A DNA stretch of 64,000 nt from the human T2T-CHM13v2.0 reference genome, Homo sapiens. The notes beneath the pieces were generated by a model. That model ran no database searches. It was not told where the DNA came from and was given only the letters and a program-made list of their open reading frames with translations. The position numbers were made by a program, and so were the translations under genes. Positions 1-13,682 of this stretch are shown piece by piece (the first letter of the stretch is position 1; each line of letters begins with the position of its first letter). The stretch lies in the NCBI RefSeq assembly GCF_009914755.1, contig NC_060934.1. One strand, written 5' to 3'.

Positions 1-160
1 ACTGCTAGGATGATCATATACTTTTTCTAGTATATTCTGTTAATGTGCTGAACTATACTGAATGGTTTCTTAATGTTAAACTGACCTTGTATTTCTGGAA
101 TGAACCCAAGTTTATTATAATAGGTTATTTTGTGTACAGCTGGGTTCATTTTGCTTCGCA
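1..160 (-). mobile_element. Old L1M ORF2 fragment
   Basis: Degenerate match to the antisense L1 ORF2 motif 'ttgaaccagccttgcatcccagggatgaagcccact'. Confidence 0.55.
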
Positions 161-659
161 TATGTGCAGCTTAGGAATCAGAAATGCCTTTGGGAAAAGT
201 TCTTGCATAATGTTAGCTTACTTCTTTTTAGTTTTTGTGCTTTTAGATATTAGTCTCTCAAGTTTTGCCTGCCTTAGTGTCACCAAACTCCAGATTTTGT
301 CTTCCCAGGTCAGCCATACTGATTAAGCTCTAGGCCAGCCCTGTGTCTTCAAGGGAAAAAAAAATCTGCAGTGAGTAGAGTGCTCACCTCAGTGAGGTAT
401 TCTTCCCTCAGGATCTTGGATCCTCAAGTCCTGGTTGCTTTGGTTGCTCTCCAAAGCCTTTAAACAATTAGAGGCTTTGTTTGTTTGTTTTATTTTATAC
501 AGATCTTTGAGTTAGTTTCAGCAAGAGGGTTGATTTGAAACAAGTTATACCCGTTAAAGGCCATTAATGACCAGAAGTGGGGGTTCCAAAATATGTAAAA
601 AGGCTCATGAGCAGGTGCATGTATTTTGGGAGGATACTCAGGAAATAAATATTCCTGTA

Positions 660-1810
660 CTCTATCAAATGTATATGTTAAACAGAAACATTCCAGTCAG
701 AGGAAGACTTTAAATAACTATGTCTAGTATGTTCATGAAGTTAAATACAGCTTAAAATTTCAACAGAGAACTAGAAACTAGTAAAAGAATCAAATGGATA
801 GTCTAGAAGAGAAAAACACAATAACTCAAGTAGTGAGAACCCCATGTTTAGATGTAAGAGCGGATGAGATAGCTGGAGGAAGAAAATTAGTGAATTAGAA
901 TTTGGGTCAGAAGAAACTATTTACTAGGAAGTTTAGAGAAATAAAAAGGTAGACTATGTAGAAAAGAGCTTAAAAAACAGAATAGAGTGAGAAATTACAA
1001 TCTATGTGTTACCGAGGTCCTACAGGAAGAGCAGAGAATGAAACAAAACCAATATTTGAAGAAATGATGGCTGAGAATACTGGTGAGAGAAATCAAGCCA
1101 CAGGAAGTACTATTAACTCCAAAGAAGTACTATTAACTCCAAGGAGGATAAAAATGAAAACCAAAACTATACATAGAATAGTATAATGGGTGAAAACCAA
1201 ATACAATTTTTTTTTAAATAGACAAAGAAATGTTTTAGGAGCTATAGTAAGAGTGAAAGTTGACTTTCTGTTAGATAGGATGGAAGGCAGAAGTCAGTGT
1301 AATGACATCTTCAAAATGCCAAAAGAAAATAAGTGCTAGCTTTGAATGTTATATCTTTCATAAATGAATTTGAAATAAACTCATTTTCAGACAAGTGAAG
1401 ACAAATTTATCAGCATCAGAGCAGCACTAAAGAAAATATTAATGGGTATTCTTCAGGCAGAGGAAAATGTTTCTAAATGACAGTCTGGAGATACAGGAAA
1501 GAATGAAGGGGAATACAAATATTGAATGTGGGTAAATGTAAATGAACACTGTACAACTCAGTAATAGTAGTACTTTAAAATATGCTAGAACATAAATTGG
1601 AAGGGAAGTTAATTATGTATTTAATATCTATGCATTATCTGGGAAGAGAATTTATATTAGATTTTGATAAGCCAAGGATGTATATTGTACTCTCTTGGGA
1701 TACATCTAAAATAATAGTAAAAGGATAAATAACTATGAATCTAATAGATAAGAAAAATGAAATAATAAATAATGGATCCAAAAAAGGAATCCAGGAGAGA
1801 AAAAGAACAA
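660..1810 (+). mobile_element. Old L1M (L1MC/ME-type) ORF1/inter-ORF fragment
   Basis: A-rich sense L1 pattern; ORF 1004-1186 contains the ORF1-like IFEEMMAEN. Confidence 0.7.
1104..1142. repeat. 20-bp tandem duplication GAAGTACTATTAACTCCAA(A)
   Basis: Two adjacent copies, identical over 19 bp. Confidence 0.9.
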
Positions 1811-4519
1811 ATATATATGTTTTAAAAGATCTACTTGTATTGCAGTGGGAGTGCCCATTACAGTATCTGGGCCACCTTATTGCCAGCAGTGGAAAATCCT
1901 TTATTATCTTTTTGGCATAAGCAAATCATTCGTCTCTCCTTCACTTTCATAAACTATTATTTTTTAGTATTTTTTACACTCTTATTTATTCTGGATTTTA
2001 GCCTGATGTCACTCTTAAAAGGTCTGTGCCAATCTTTTGTAGCATTTATTTAAAGTTAAGTCCATCCTTTATATGTATTCTGAAAAAAAACAAAAACAAA
2101 AACAAAAAAAAACAGAGCAAATGAAAATCTAAGAATATGAAGGACTCACTTTCTGGTCCCACCTCACCACCTTGCCACTTCCCCAGCAAATCCCTCCATT
2201 TTTCTCTCTCTATAACTGGCTGGGATTAATTGACAGAGTTCCTGGTACTTATTGCTCTTATTTTCAGTTCTAGCATCTTTGGTGGTACAAATATACTATA
2301 CCTTCATATCTTCTTAAAATCTAACATACACGCTTGCCTGATAATTATTTATTTTGTTCCTTGGTTATTTAACCCTCTAAAAGAGCATGCTGAATTAATC
2401 ACCAAGTTCTTATTTCTTCCACTTCACTTTAATCATTAAGCCCTGAAGTATGTGTGCTATATCTGGCTCTTTAAATACTGAAGGGAACTGTTTTATTTTT
2501 TTTTTTTAGGCCTAGATGCTAGCACTGACTTTCCACGTCTGCTGATAATCCCTGCTGCCTTACATCATTCCCCTTCCAAGCCTTGTTCCACCTTCTTGTT
2601 TCTGCAGCTCTGGAGGTTCTTGTCTTCTTACCTTGGATCCTAATACCTGTTTTTCTTATTCTTTAATAAGCCACAGAAATGCGCTTTTCTGACTGAGCAT
2701 CTTTTCAACTCTTATTTTTAACAACTCTATTATTGTTTTTATAAGAAAAGCAATTTAGCCTTATTGTACAATTTTTGGAAGGCACAGAACATCACAACAA
2801 AGAAAATAAAAAGCACATGAAGCTTACCACCCTGAGAGAATCACTTAAAATATTGGTGTATATGCTTGGGAAAAAAATGTAATCCTTCCTGTTGTTTCAG
2901 ACAATTATTTTCATTGTCTCTGGAATCTGCCTTTATTTACTGATGGTATATAGGAACAGAGATTAGTACCTTTTTTCCTCAGGCTTTGATACATATCAAT
3001 TATAATGCAAAAATGAGGACTAAGTTCTTTTTTTTTTTTTTTCTCAAATAACTCAATTCTCTGTCCCAGGCTCATGATTTTGCATACTTCTTGGTTTTAA
3101 TCCTGTCACAGAAGCTTAACGTTTCTGGTTAGGAGATGTTTCTATTGTCACTGTCAGCAGATGGGGAGTGTACTGGGGATAAGTGGGGCTCCAGCTTTTT
3201 TTCACCTAAGGAAAGAGTTGCATCTTCTTAGGGTTTCTGAAAGATAAGACACTGATCAAGTAAAATATCAATGAAAGTCTCTGATTTGAGTAAACAGAGA
3301 CTGATTAGATTATGAGCAAACTTCCTAGTGAGGTTTACATCTTGGTCAAATGGAGATGAGCTTAAGATGTCTTATAGCCCCTTTTAATCTGCTCAAGTAT
3401 TAGAAATGAATGTTGTTTGCCACTTTAAGCAATTGCTAAATGTCTAGAATTTCCGAAATTTAATGTTCAGGGATTTTCAGAGGTAAAGGAATCTAGGACT
3501 CTCTTTCTTCTAAGTTTTGACTTTAATAGCAGGAGGAAGAAAGTAAGCAGATGACTAAAATCGGATAAGTTTCCTGATTCACTTAATTTTGTTCAACCCA
3601 TTTAAAACAGAATGTAAAAGATCTGTGTCACTATATCTCTTACTATTGTGTGTCCTTAGGAAGATGTGAAATTGTGTAACTCTGCTAGCATAATCCAATT
3701 ATTATGTTTACAGAGATAATAAGTTACTAATTTTATACCACATGACTTATTTACTCATTGTTCTTTCCAGTTTGTTCATAAAATCCTAGAGTTGGTGATC
3801 TCATAGTTTATCCCTGATTTATCAAAATTTTGTTCAGTAGTTTTTAAACTTTAGGGCACATAAAGATAATCTAAAGTGCTTTTGAAAACTGTTCTTGGAC
3901 TTAATCCCCAAAATGTTTTCAATTAATACATCTAAATGAATCTCAGAACATGTGACAAGCACCCCTGACAATTCTGAGACAGGTTCAATGGACTACTTTT
4001 TGAAAACCATTGCTTGGCCTATATAACTCCTAGCAGGTGGTTATATGCCTGCTAGAAAATGCACACACACTGTATACTTTGGATCACTTAGAATTGTCAA
4101 CATATACTCAAGAAATAGGAAAAACATCTCATTAATATTTCACAAAAGAGGAAAGCACTGTTGAATCAGGTGTTTTATTTAAGATCATTAGGCATATTAG
4201 AGAAAAATCGGTCATAGAGGCTAGGGTATAACTCAGATCTCCTACACTAACTGGAAGCCACTGGGTCACCTTTGCTTTCATTAGTGTCTGAATTTCCATT
4301 ATTGCTCTGTGCTTAGCATTCTTCTCGGAAGAGACATTCCTCAGGACTCACTGCTTTAAAGGTTCAACCAGCTGAAAACATTTTTCAAATTGTACAGCAT
4401 TAAATTCAAAATGGATCTGAAAATATAAAGTTTGAAAGAATTCACTGGCAGTATTTTGATGGTGTTTTATTTTGTGTTGGGGCTAAAGATTATATTAACA
4501 AATTATCTTGATTTTAAAA

Positions 4520-4760
4520 TTTAATTTTTTAATTTATAAAATATATATTTATGGTGTACAATATGATGTTTTGATATATGTATACATTGTGAAATGGCTA
4601 AATCTAGCTAATTAGCATATATATTACCTCAGCCATTTTTTGTGGTGAGAACACTTAACACTTAAAATCTACTCTCTTAGCAATGTTCAAGTATATGGTA
4701 TGCTATTAATTATAGTCACCATGATACACAATAGATCTCTTGAATTTATTTATCTTGAGT
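4520..4760 (-). mobile_element. L1MA-type 3' end fragment
   Basis: 'atatatttatggtgtacaatatgatgttttgatatatgtatacattgtgaaatgg...aatagatctcttgaatttatt' is typical of L1MA 3' UTRs. Confidence 0.75.
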
Positions 4761-5008
4761 TTAAAAAAAAGAGGTTATAGAATCTAAGGCCCTATCTGCA
4801 TTATAGCTAATTCATTCATGGATAAAACATTCTAAATGTTTGATATTAAAAATACTGAAGTCTAAACATGATGCATTTGCACCATGATGAAGCCCAGAAA
4901 CTCCAGTGTTATTCATAGTTATTATATTCAAGTAATGCAGCTGTATTTTCTGAAATGAATGCTATTTGCTGTACTTGGCCCTGATTTGAGATGGAAGCTA
5001 GTGTTCAT

Positions 5009-5358
5009 ATGTTAGTTTGGGCTGCTGTGATAAAATACCACAGACTGGGTAGCTTATAAACAACAGAAATTTATTTCTTACAGTTCTAGAGCCTGGAAGT
5101 CCAATATCAAGGTGCCAGCAGATTTTCTGGTGAGGGCCTGCTTTTCCTAAAAAGTGACTTCTCACTCTATCTTCAAATGGTGGAGGAAGCAAGGCAACTC
5201 TCTGGGATCTCTTTTATATGGGCACTAATACTATTAATGAGGGCTCTGCCTTTATGACTTAATCACCTTCCAAAGATCTCACCTCCTAATACTATCACCT
5301 TGGGGGCCAGAATCTCAACATATGAATTTGAAGGGCCACAGGCATTCGGACCACAGCA
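5009..5358 (-). mobile_element. MaLR LTR (MLT1A-like) solo LTR
   Basis: 'gggctgctgtgataaaataccacagactgggtagcttataaacaacagaaatttattt...cattcggaccacagca'. Confidence 0.85.
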
Positions 5359-7124
5359 GTTCATTTGCCAAGTAACTAAGGACAGATTCCATCTGCTCTA
5401 TATTGCCTAGCAGAACATCTAATCCGTTCCCTCAATGGTCTTGTCCGGCAACATTCGGCAAACAGAGACAAAGGGACCCTCTTGCTGGTTCACCAGTGGG
5501 AGCTCTACTAAGCCTCTCTCTGACGGAGGCTCTTCTGTTGCCCATCTTACCACTTGGCAAGGCTCTTGACAAGATATCTGACTTCTATCATAGAACAAAA
5601 GTTAACAGTCTTTGCAGTACTTTGATCTCGTAAAATCGGTCAATAAGAGTACTCCATGGGGATTCTAAACCTAAGTCTGAAAGATATCCATATTTCTATT
5701 AATGTTATAATGTAGTCATTTGTATTTTTATAAATTTAAACATAATCCAGATTAATATTAAAATATTGCAAGGAAAGAAGTAAAGGATTTGCCGACTAAA
5801 CATGGAGAGATACCAGCCCTATTCTCATATCCTAGTAATTTGTTATCATTTATGATGCAAACGTACTGTTGATGCTATAAATCAACTTGTTTTTTGAGGT
5901 TTTTATTAGCTATAGTTCTCTGGCAAAAATTGTAATCTGCTGGCTAATATTGACTTTCATCGCAGTTTTCACATCAGCTATGGACGATGTCTTAATAAGG
6001 GCTTTCCTTATTTTATAGGTAGGGAAACCAAGGAAGAAATTGCCCAAATAACTGATATAACTGATCCTGTCCCAGAAAGCCCCCAGACGAGGTCTAGGAT
6101 CATAATCCATTTTAGTGATGCTATGGCATTAGGCAGAAGACATCTGTATTGGGGGTGGGGAAGAGCAAGTGATAAGAGCTCTAGAAAAATGTTGGATTAC
6201 AATCTCTGTGAGCAGTATGTCCTGCTTCTTGAGCATGAGGAGCAGAAGGCACCAAAGATAATAGGAAACTAATTTAAATATATAATATCATATCTAGACC
6301 TCAAGCCTGGAGCTGAGCCACTGATCTAAGTCACTCCTCAGTGGACTTAGCAAGGCTGCTCTTATATATCTCATATATAATGAGAATTTCCTTTCTATTA
6401 AATTACCTGTAATAAAAGAGTATCAAATAGCCATATGTTAGGTTCTTACTGAAGTTCTCATGTTTCTGGGTGCTCTCAATTATTTTGAACAAAGAAGTAT
6501 TTTGCTGGGAAGACAAAACAACTGGGTAGTACTTCATTCAATTCTAGTTTTAATGTGCATTAAGTCATCTGACAATAAAACTCACCTCCTTTACCCTTGC
6601 AAAAGGAGAAACCCTATAACATACTTAGGAATTATTCCTAGTGCCTCAAAAGTACAGGTGTCCATTATAAACAAACATTTTTCTCTTATACCTGAATGAA
6701 TTCATAATTTAAAAAATATTTTTAAAAAGATGGAAGCAAGCAGAGAAGACAACACATTGAGCATCCTTAGGTGCACATTAAACTTCACCAACTCTTTTCA
6801 GGTGCATATGTTCCTTATAGATTTTCTGGGTCTTTTTCTAAGGTATTATTCCCATAGGACATTTAGGTAAGAGATTAAATTGTAGTGCCATTTCTGATAT
6901 AAGTTATTGTGTTTATGAAGGCAAGATTGAGTTCATTTTTCTTTTGTTTCCTACAAAGAGTTCTCATTGAGAAAACTTTTGCAAAAATGAAGGAAATATG
7001 TCAAAATTTTGAGTTTAGAACCTGAACCTAGTTACTTCAACAATTGATGAAAGATCTAAATTTTGTTTTCTGCTATCCTCCAGTATACCTGACACAGACA
7101 TGAAAAGCCCTGAAGCATCGGATT

Positions 7125-7328
7125 AAGAGAACAAAAGTGGAGTCAGATGTATCCAAGTTCAAAACCTGGCTTGATTTTTTTTAACCAGTAGTGTTACCTT
7201 GGAAATGTTACTTTACCTCCATGAGTACTAGTGGCCTCATCTTTAAAATAGTAATTTTTATAATTTCCGCCTCATGGGATTGCATTGAGGATTAACTGAG
7301 GTGTTTGCAAAGTACCAAGCATAGTGCC
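7125..7328 (+). mobile_element. MIR SINE, interrupted by the MLT1 LTR
   Basis: Core 'gtgttaccttggaaatgttactttacctcc...ctcatctttaaaatag...aaagtaccaagcatagtgcc'. Confidence 0.7.
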
Positions 7329-7751
7329 TGTATTTGTTCTCTTATGATGTTATGGTTCTGTAGGTTAGAAGTTGGATACAGGTCTCACTGAGCTAGAGTT
7401 CAGCTGGGCTGCATTCCTAGTTTGGAGACTCTAGGGGAGAAGTGGTTTCCTTGTCTGTTCTAGCTTCTGGAGACCTCCTGTATTCTCTGGCTCATGTCCC
7501 CTTTCTCTTTCTTCAAAGCCAGCAAGTGTCATCTCTCTGACCTATCTTTTGTACTCACATCTCTTTCTGACCACAGTCACAAGAGGTTCTCTACTTCTAA
7601 GGACACATGTGATTAGCTCAGAATCCAGGATAATCTCTACATCTCAAGGCCCTTAATTCAGTTCTATCTGTCAACTGTTTTTTACCATGTAAGGCAGCAT
7701 ATTCACAGGCTGCACAGATTAGGATGTGGCCATCTTTGGGGGCCTACCACC
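7329..7751 (-). mobile_element. MaLR LTR (MLT1C/D-like) with 5-bp TSD GTGCC
   Basis: MLT1 motifs 'ggagactctaggggagaa', 'atattcacagg...gattaggatgtggccatctttggg'. GTGCC at 7324-28 and 7752-56. Confidence 0.8.
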
Positions 7752-8647
7752 GTGCCTAATGCTTTATGGTAAGTCTAACATCATCATTATACAAGCTATT
7801 TTCATCATTACCATTCTATTTGACATATGTTAGGAGCTCAAAAATACTTGGTGTGTATTTTTTAAATAAATGACTATCTAGAAAATTGGAAGATACTCTT
7901 TGTAGGGTATATAGATAATGGCATAGGCCACATATTTTAATAATTCATTCATTCCTATGGTATTTTCCCAATATTTTAATGTATCTTTACATAGCATTTT
8001 GAACTTTTCAGAAGAATTACAGCATTTTGAAATTTAAAATAAGTTGATCCAGTTATCATTTTATAGTCGGAGAAGCTACAGAATAAGCAAGTTGAATTAC
8101 CTGATCACAGCCATACAATCTGTTAGAGATCATGCCAGTGTAAGAAGCTCAGTTCATTATTTTACTCCATCGTGTTGCCTCCACCATCACCAATATTAAT
8201 GCCCAGCCTTTCTGTGACCCCTAATAGCCTAAAGTCTTTGCGGCAAATGTCTGTTGGAAGACCTTGGTTCCTACTGTAGCATGTGCACGGCCTCTTCCTC
8301 CACATTTCTGAGCTATCACATAGGGATCTGGGCCTGTGTCTACCTGAAACCTGCCAAAGAGTTAATGCAGCTCTCCGAATCATCCTATTCTCTGACTGCT
8401 TTATTCTTCAGAATTGTGATGTATGATCGGTAGGTTATATAGGTTTTCATGTTTCAGTGATTTTAGACAGGGATTTTAAGCCAACTCCTGAAAATTTTGG
8501 GTAGGAGGCCTTTAGGGATAGATCTGTTGCTTTTCTAAATTCTTTTTAATGTCTAAGACACAAATACATACAGACAATAGAAAACATTAAAGGCTATTCA
8601 TACTGTTAGTACAAAATATTACCCAGAAATGAAATTTTAGGAAGAAA

Positions 8648-8648
<1 letters not shown>

Positions 8649-8690
<42 letters not shown>
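8649..8690. repeat. (AC)21 microsatellite
   Basis: Perfect dinucleotide run. Confidence 0.98.
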
Positions 8691-8694
<4 letters not shown>

Positions 8695-9242
8695 AAACCC
8701 ACAAATTTATATCCCCATCAATAAGTATCATAATTTTGCATAAATAAGTTATAATATTAATAGCACTAAGAAGCTACAAATAGTACACTGGTGTCAAAAG
8801 TTAACAGGATGGGGAGGGGTAATACTATCAGCCCTACCTGGCATTCTACAACGTCAGGAAATAGAAACTGAACACTTATCTCCCCTAGTGAAGCCAAAAG
8901 CAGATTGTTAATGAAACACACAAGTAATGAGTTTGTAGTATCCTCCAAAAGATTCCTCTTTCTTAATCCAAGATAAATTTTTCCCTATCAGCAGGATTAT
9001 CCTACATTTCAAGTTATAGAATTGGGAAACTAGTATGTGGCATGTGAAAAAGAGGAGGCTTCAATAACAGCCCTCTTCAGGCCACCTGAAACTTGCTTTG
9101 AAGATTCACTCTAGTCATGCAGCTGTTTAATTCACGAAGTGTTCAGTTCTACTTTGGAGCCTAAAGAAAAGCAAACCACCTGAACTCTGATGTTCATTAT
9201 TATTTCACCATTCATAACCAATTCTGATGGTCTGTGAAGAGG

Positions 9243-10100
9243 TGAGTTTATTTCCTATTGCTGTTTTACAAATTACCCAAACTTAGTGTCTTAAAACAAC
9301 ATAAATGTATCTTAGAGTTCTGGAGGCCAGAATTCTGAAATGAGTCTCACTGAACTAAAGTCAGGTCGTCAGCAGGGCTGGTTACTTCTGGAGACTCTGG
9401 GGCAGAATCTGTTTCTTGGTTGTTTGCAGCTTCTAGAGGCTTCCTGTATTCCTTGGCTCATGGACTCTTCCTGGCATCACTGTGACCTCTGCTTCTGTTG
9501 TCTCATCTCCTTTCCTGACTCTGACCCTCCTACCTTCCCTTCATGAGGACACCTGTGATCACATTGGGCCCAGGTAGACAATGTAGGCTCAACTCCTCAT
9601 CTCAAGATCCTTAACTTAAACACATTTGCAAAGTTTCTTTTCCCATATGATATGGTTCGGCTCTGTGTCCCCACCAAAATCTCATTTTGAGTTCCCAGTG
9701 TTGGAGGAAGGACCTGGTGGGAGGTGGTTGGATCATGAGGCAGATTTCCCTCTTGCTGTTCTCATAATAGTGAGTGAGTTCTCACAAGATCTGATTGTTT
9801 AAAAGTGTGTAGTACTTCCTTTAGCTCTCTCTTTCCTGCTCCATCATGGCAAGACATGTTTGCTTCCCCTTCACCTTCTTCCATGATTGTAAGTTTCCTG
9901 AGGCCTCCCAACCATGCTTTCTGTACAGCCTGTGGAACTACGAGTCAGTTAAACCTCCTTTCTTCATATATTACGCAATTTCAGGTAGTTCTTAAGAGCA
10001 GTATGACAATGGATTAATTCACCATGTAAGGGAACATATTCACAAGTTTCAGGGGTTAGGATGCAGATGTCTTTGGATAGGGGCATGATTCAGCCTACAG
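9243..10100 (-). mobile_element. MaLR LTR (MLT1C/D-like), split by the MST LTR
   Basis: MLT1 motifs on both sides of 9648-10021. Confidence 0.8.
9648..10021 (+). mobile_element. MST (MSTA/B-like) solo LTR nested in MLT1
   Basis: Starts TGATATGG, ends ...GGATTAATTCA. TSD CCATA (9643-47) / CCATG (10022-26). Confidence 0.85.
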
Positions 10101-11139
10101 AAGGTAGAGCTACCACAGCATCCCATGAAATCACACTGGTGATCTTTTCTGGTGAGACTAAAGGAAAGCCGTACTTGACAGCTTCATCTGGAAATTCTGC
10201 TAGTGGAATAATGTTATGGAAATGTATCTGGTGTGCTTTCTGGAAGTAGTTTGATTCTTCTTGTAAAGATGACCTTGGTGGTAATAAAAGTTGAATAAAG
10301 TTAAACTATGGAGTGCTAGGGGGATAGGGGCTGAATTTTCACCTTTAGCTAGTGAAGTGCATCCAGGCCTGGCTGATTAAAAAAAAAAAGATGAATTAGA
10401 ATAGATCATCTTAATTGGGTTGACCGTAACTTACAAATATCAGTAAGGCATGGGATGGGAGGGGCAACCCCATTCATTAGTGACTATGTATTGTGAATAT
10501 TCAGAAATTTATACTTTTAAATAAAATTCAATATTTTTAAATGAAATAGACTAATGGTCATAAAATTTTGTTGGCAGGGTTATGCTCAGAAGAGGACTAT
10601 TGCAGAAATGGATTAAACTGACCCATAGGCTTCTTTCTCTAATATACATTGTCAGTATTCTTTATGTAAATCAAAATTCTTCTGAATCGCTATCTTTCTT
10701 TCACTTCTTTCTAACCTGCCCCTTACATGTGAACATAGTATCGAAGGTCATATTTGTGGAGCTACAACACTACTTTCTTGACTTAGCCCCGTTGGTCAGT
10801 TTTTTCCTAATTTTAAAAGGATTGTCAGGATAAGAAGTTGAGATGGTAAGCAAGATAAGGGTATTGAAATTTTCTCCATAATCATTCTCCAGGGAGGGGT
10901 GTATTGGCAGGGAAGCTATACTTTCTTATTTTCTAAATGCTTTTCTGAGTTTTGGTTGCCTTGGAGACAGGACAGTTGTTTCAGGATTAGACCTGAATGC
11001 TGGAGAGCATCAGTTGGTGACCCCTCCTCCTTTTGCTAGGATTCATCTGCCTTTCTTTCCTCGACCTCCTATATATCAAGAAGATTTGTTTTATATACAT
11101 ATGCTCATCACGGCATTTTTATTTCGTGGACTTGAATTT

Positions 11140-11400
11140 ATCATTCATTCATTCTCTAATTCATTCAACAAATATTTGGTTACCAGTTATTCCCAGTCCA
11201 CTTGACTATAGATAAATGATTTAAAACAAGTTTTATGAGGGGTTATAATAAAAATGCAACCAAAATGCTAGGAGAAAATAGTCCACTCTCTCTAGGTGAA
11301 ATGGAGATTACTTCGCAGAAGAGGTGACACCTATACAGCCTGTGAGCCTGAACGCGTGGCTATTTATAGAGAAGGGCAGGCACCCCCTTCTCTATAAACA
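11140..11400 (-). mobile_element. L2 3' fragment
   Basis: 'tcattcattcattc...attcaacaaatattt' L2 terminus in reverse. Confidence 0.55.
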
Positions 11401-11963
11401 TATAAACTCTCAACCTTTCCTAATATACCTAGATATACCTGAGAAGGTGGGGGATTCTTCAGATTCTGTTTCGAACTTAGTTTTCTTTGTTTCAAATAGG
11501 ATATCTAACATTTGAAATAAAAATGTGACCCCTTTAAGAAGTCTCCAAGTAAGACAGACTTAGGGAGTGCGGGTTAAGCCAGGCTGTGTGACAGCTTCAG
11601 CAGAAGGCAGTGGGTGGTGGTAATGGTAGCAAGTAAACAACTTTATTTTCACGTTAAACTATCCTGGGGAACTGGAGTTGGGGGTAGGGGGGGGCTGGAA
11701 ATGCCTATCCTGGGATATATGGTAACACATCAAAACCAGGCAACGTAGGATAAAATGTAAATGTGAGAGGTTCTGAGGCTTCCTAGTTGGACCACATGAT
11801 ATCATATAAACCAAGGGCAACAGATAAAGGAGTAACTCTCTCCTGCAGTAGCTTTGAAATGGAAATTGAATTTTTCATTTTTCATTTGAATCAGTTACCT
11901 GCTTTTAAGGGTGACACCCTGGTCTGGTGTACAAGTGCTGCCATAGCAATAGTGTTTTTCTTT

Positions 11964-12244
11964 CTTTTTTTTTTTTTTTTAATGTTTTTTCTTTTCTCCA
12001 ACTTCTATTTGAAGTTCAGGGGTCCGTGTGCACGATGTGCAGGTTTGTTTCATAGGTAAATGTGTGCCATGGTGGTTTGCTGCACAGATCATCCCATCAC
12101 CTAGGTATCAAGCCCATCATCCATTAGCTATTCTTCCTGATGCTCTTGCTCCTCCCACTCCAACCCTCAGACAGGCCCCAGTGTGTGTTGTTCCCTCCTG
12201 TGTGTCCATGTGTTCTCACCATTCAGCTCCCACTTATCAGTGAG
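11964..12244 (-). mobile_element. 5'-truncated older L1PA (L1PA13-16-like) 3' end with poly(T) and TSD
   Basis: L1 3' UTR in antisense. TSD TA(G/C)TGTTTTTCTTT at 11950-63 and 12245-58, followed by AA (L1 endonuclease-type site). Confidence 0.85.
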
Positions 12245-12791
12245 TACTGTTTTTCTTTAATAATGCATAGCCACTACCCAGAACCACTCCTCAAATACAT
12301 ACTTTATCCCCTCCCAGTTCTGGCCCTTGCATCAGAAACCCCTGCAACCTCCCAAACTAAAAGATGGCCTCTGGATCTGCAGAAGGCCTCCAGGACCATG
12401 CTGTAGCCCTATGGCCAGCATTTGTGATTGTTTGATATCCATGCCATACTAGTCATTAAATACTGTGAATATCACTCTAGTGAAACCCGTAGTGATAAAG
12501 GTAAGCCCATTACTTTAGTTAATTAAAAACTAACCCTGTGAGCTTCACAGCAAGCTCAGCAATTACTACTACTGAGTAAGGCACTCCTCAAATTCAGATA
12601 AAAATGGGAATCTTTGAGGGAGCAATGAAAAATAAGCAGAGAAATAAATTTATGCAAAATTCTAAGATATTTCTTGGCATTCATCCTTGCATTAAAATAA
12701 TATCTTAGTTTTTAGAACCTTCCACATAAGGTTTTCACATGCTTATATTAATATTAATAAGTTTATAATGTTAAGAATAAAGGCAGAGATG

Positions 12792-12833
12792 ACTTTTGCT
12801 GATTGGTTACTTTTGCTGATTGGTTACTTTTGC
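12792..12833. repeat. 17-bp tandem repeat x2.5 (ACTTTTGCTGATTGGTT)
   Basis: Perfect copies seen directly. Confidence 0.9.
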
Positions 12834-13682
12834 CTTTTTAACCATCAGAGTCTATATGAATATCAAGGCTCAAATTATGCATGTTTTATAAGCCTACCCT
12901 GGCATTAGAGATGCTTGTGCCAGATTAAAGACACAGATTCTAGAGATACCTTCTAGTTCTAAGAGGATAAAGGTGACTAATGATATAATTTCACAGTTTG
13001 TTTACAAACCATTTAATTTTGTTTGTTGGTATCTACATCTGACTCATGTTTTAGATATTTATGGAATTAGGATAGGCCTTGAACTGTTACTCTGTATGTT
13101 ATTTTCCTAATTCTTCCTGAATTTCTTAGTATTCAGCATGGTCATTTTAACCATATAACACAATTAAATATATGCTCAGAAAAATACATAAAAATATAAA
13201 ATAAATGACATATGCAGTGCTAGAAAGGAGATAAAAGACAATCTGAAGTAGTTATTTCTAAGATTATATTCTAGAGCTTTGCTTATATTCCTTGGTATCC
13301 TTAATATTACAGTATTGCTGTGATAATGGCTGTTACTACTATAGTTATAAACCTTATTAAAATTCTGCAAGGGCAGTAATGACTTTAACTATCTACAAAT
13401 TAGGGGAAATAGATTTCTGCTTTTGAGTACTTTGTTCTCCTTGAAAATCCAATCTTTTATTTAATAGTTAATTTTTGTAGCACTTAAGCTTATTATTTAA
13501 CATTTCTGTAGCACTTGGTATTTAAAAAGTCCTTTACAATGATTAATTATTTCCTACACCTTGGTTTCATAAGGTAAATTTGGCCTAATTAGAATTGTTG
13601 AATCTCACATAAAATGGAGGCCAAGTTTTCTGCTTTAAATTGCAAAGATTTCCATAACTGATTTTTTTACATAATAAAAATA

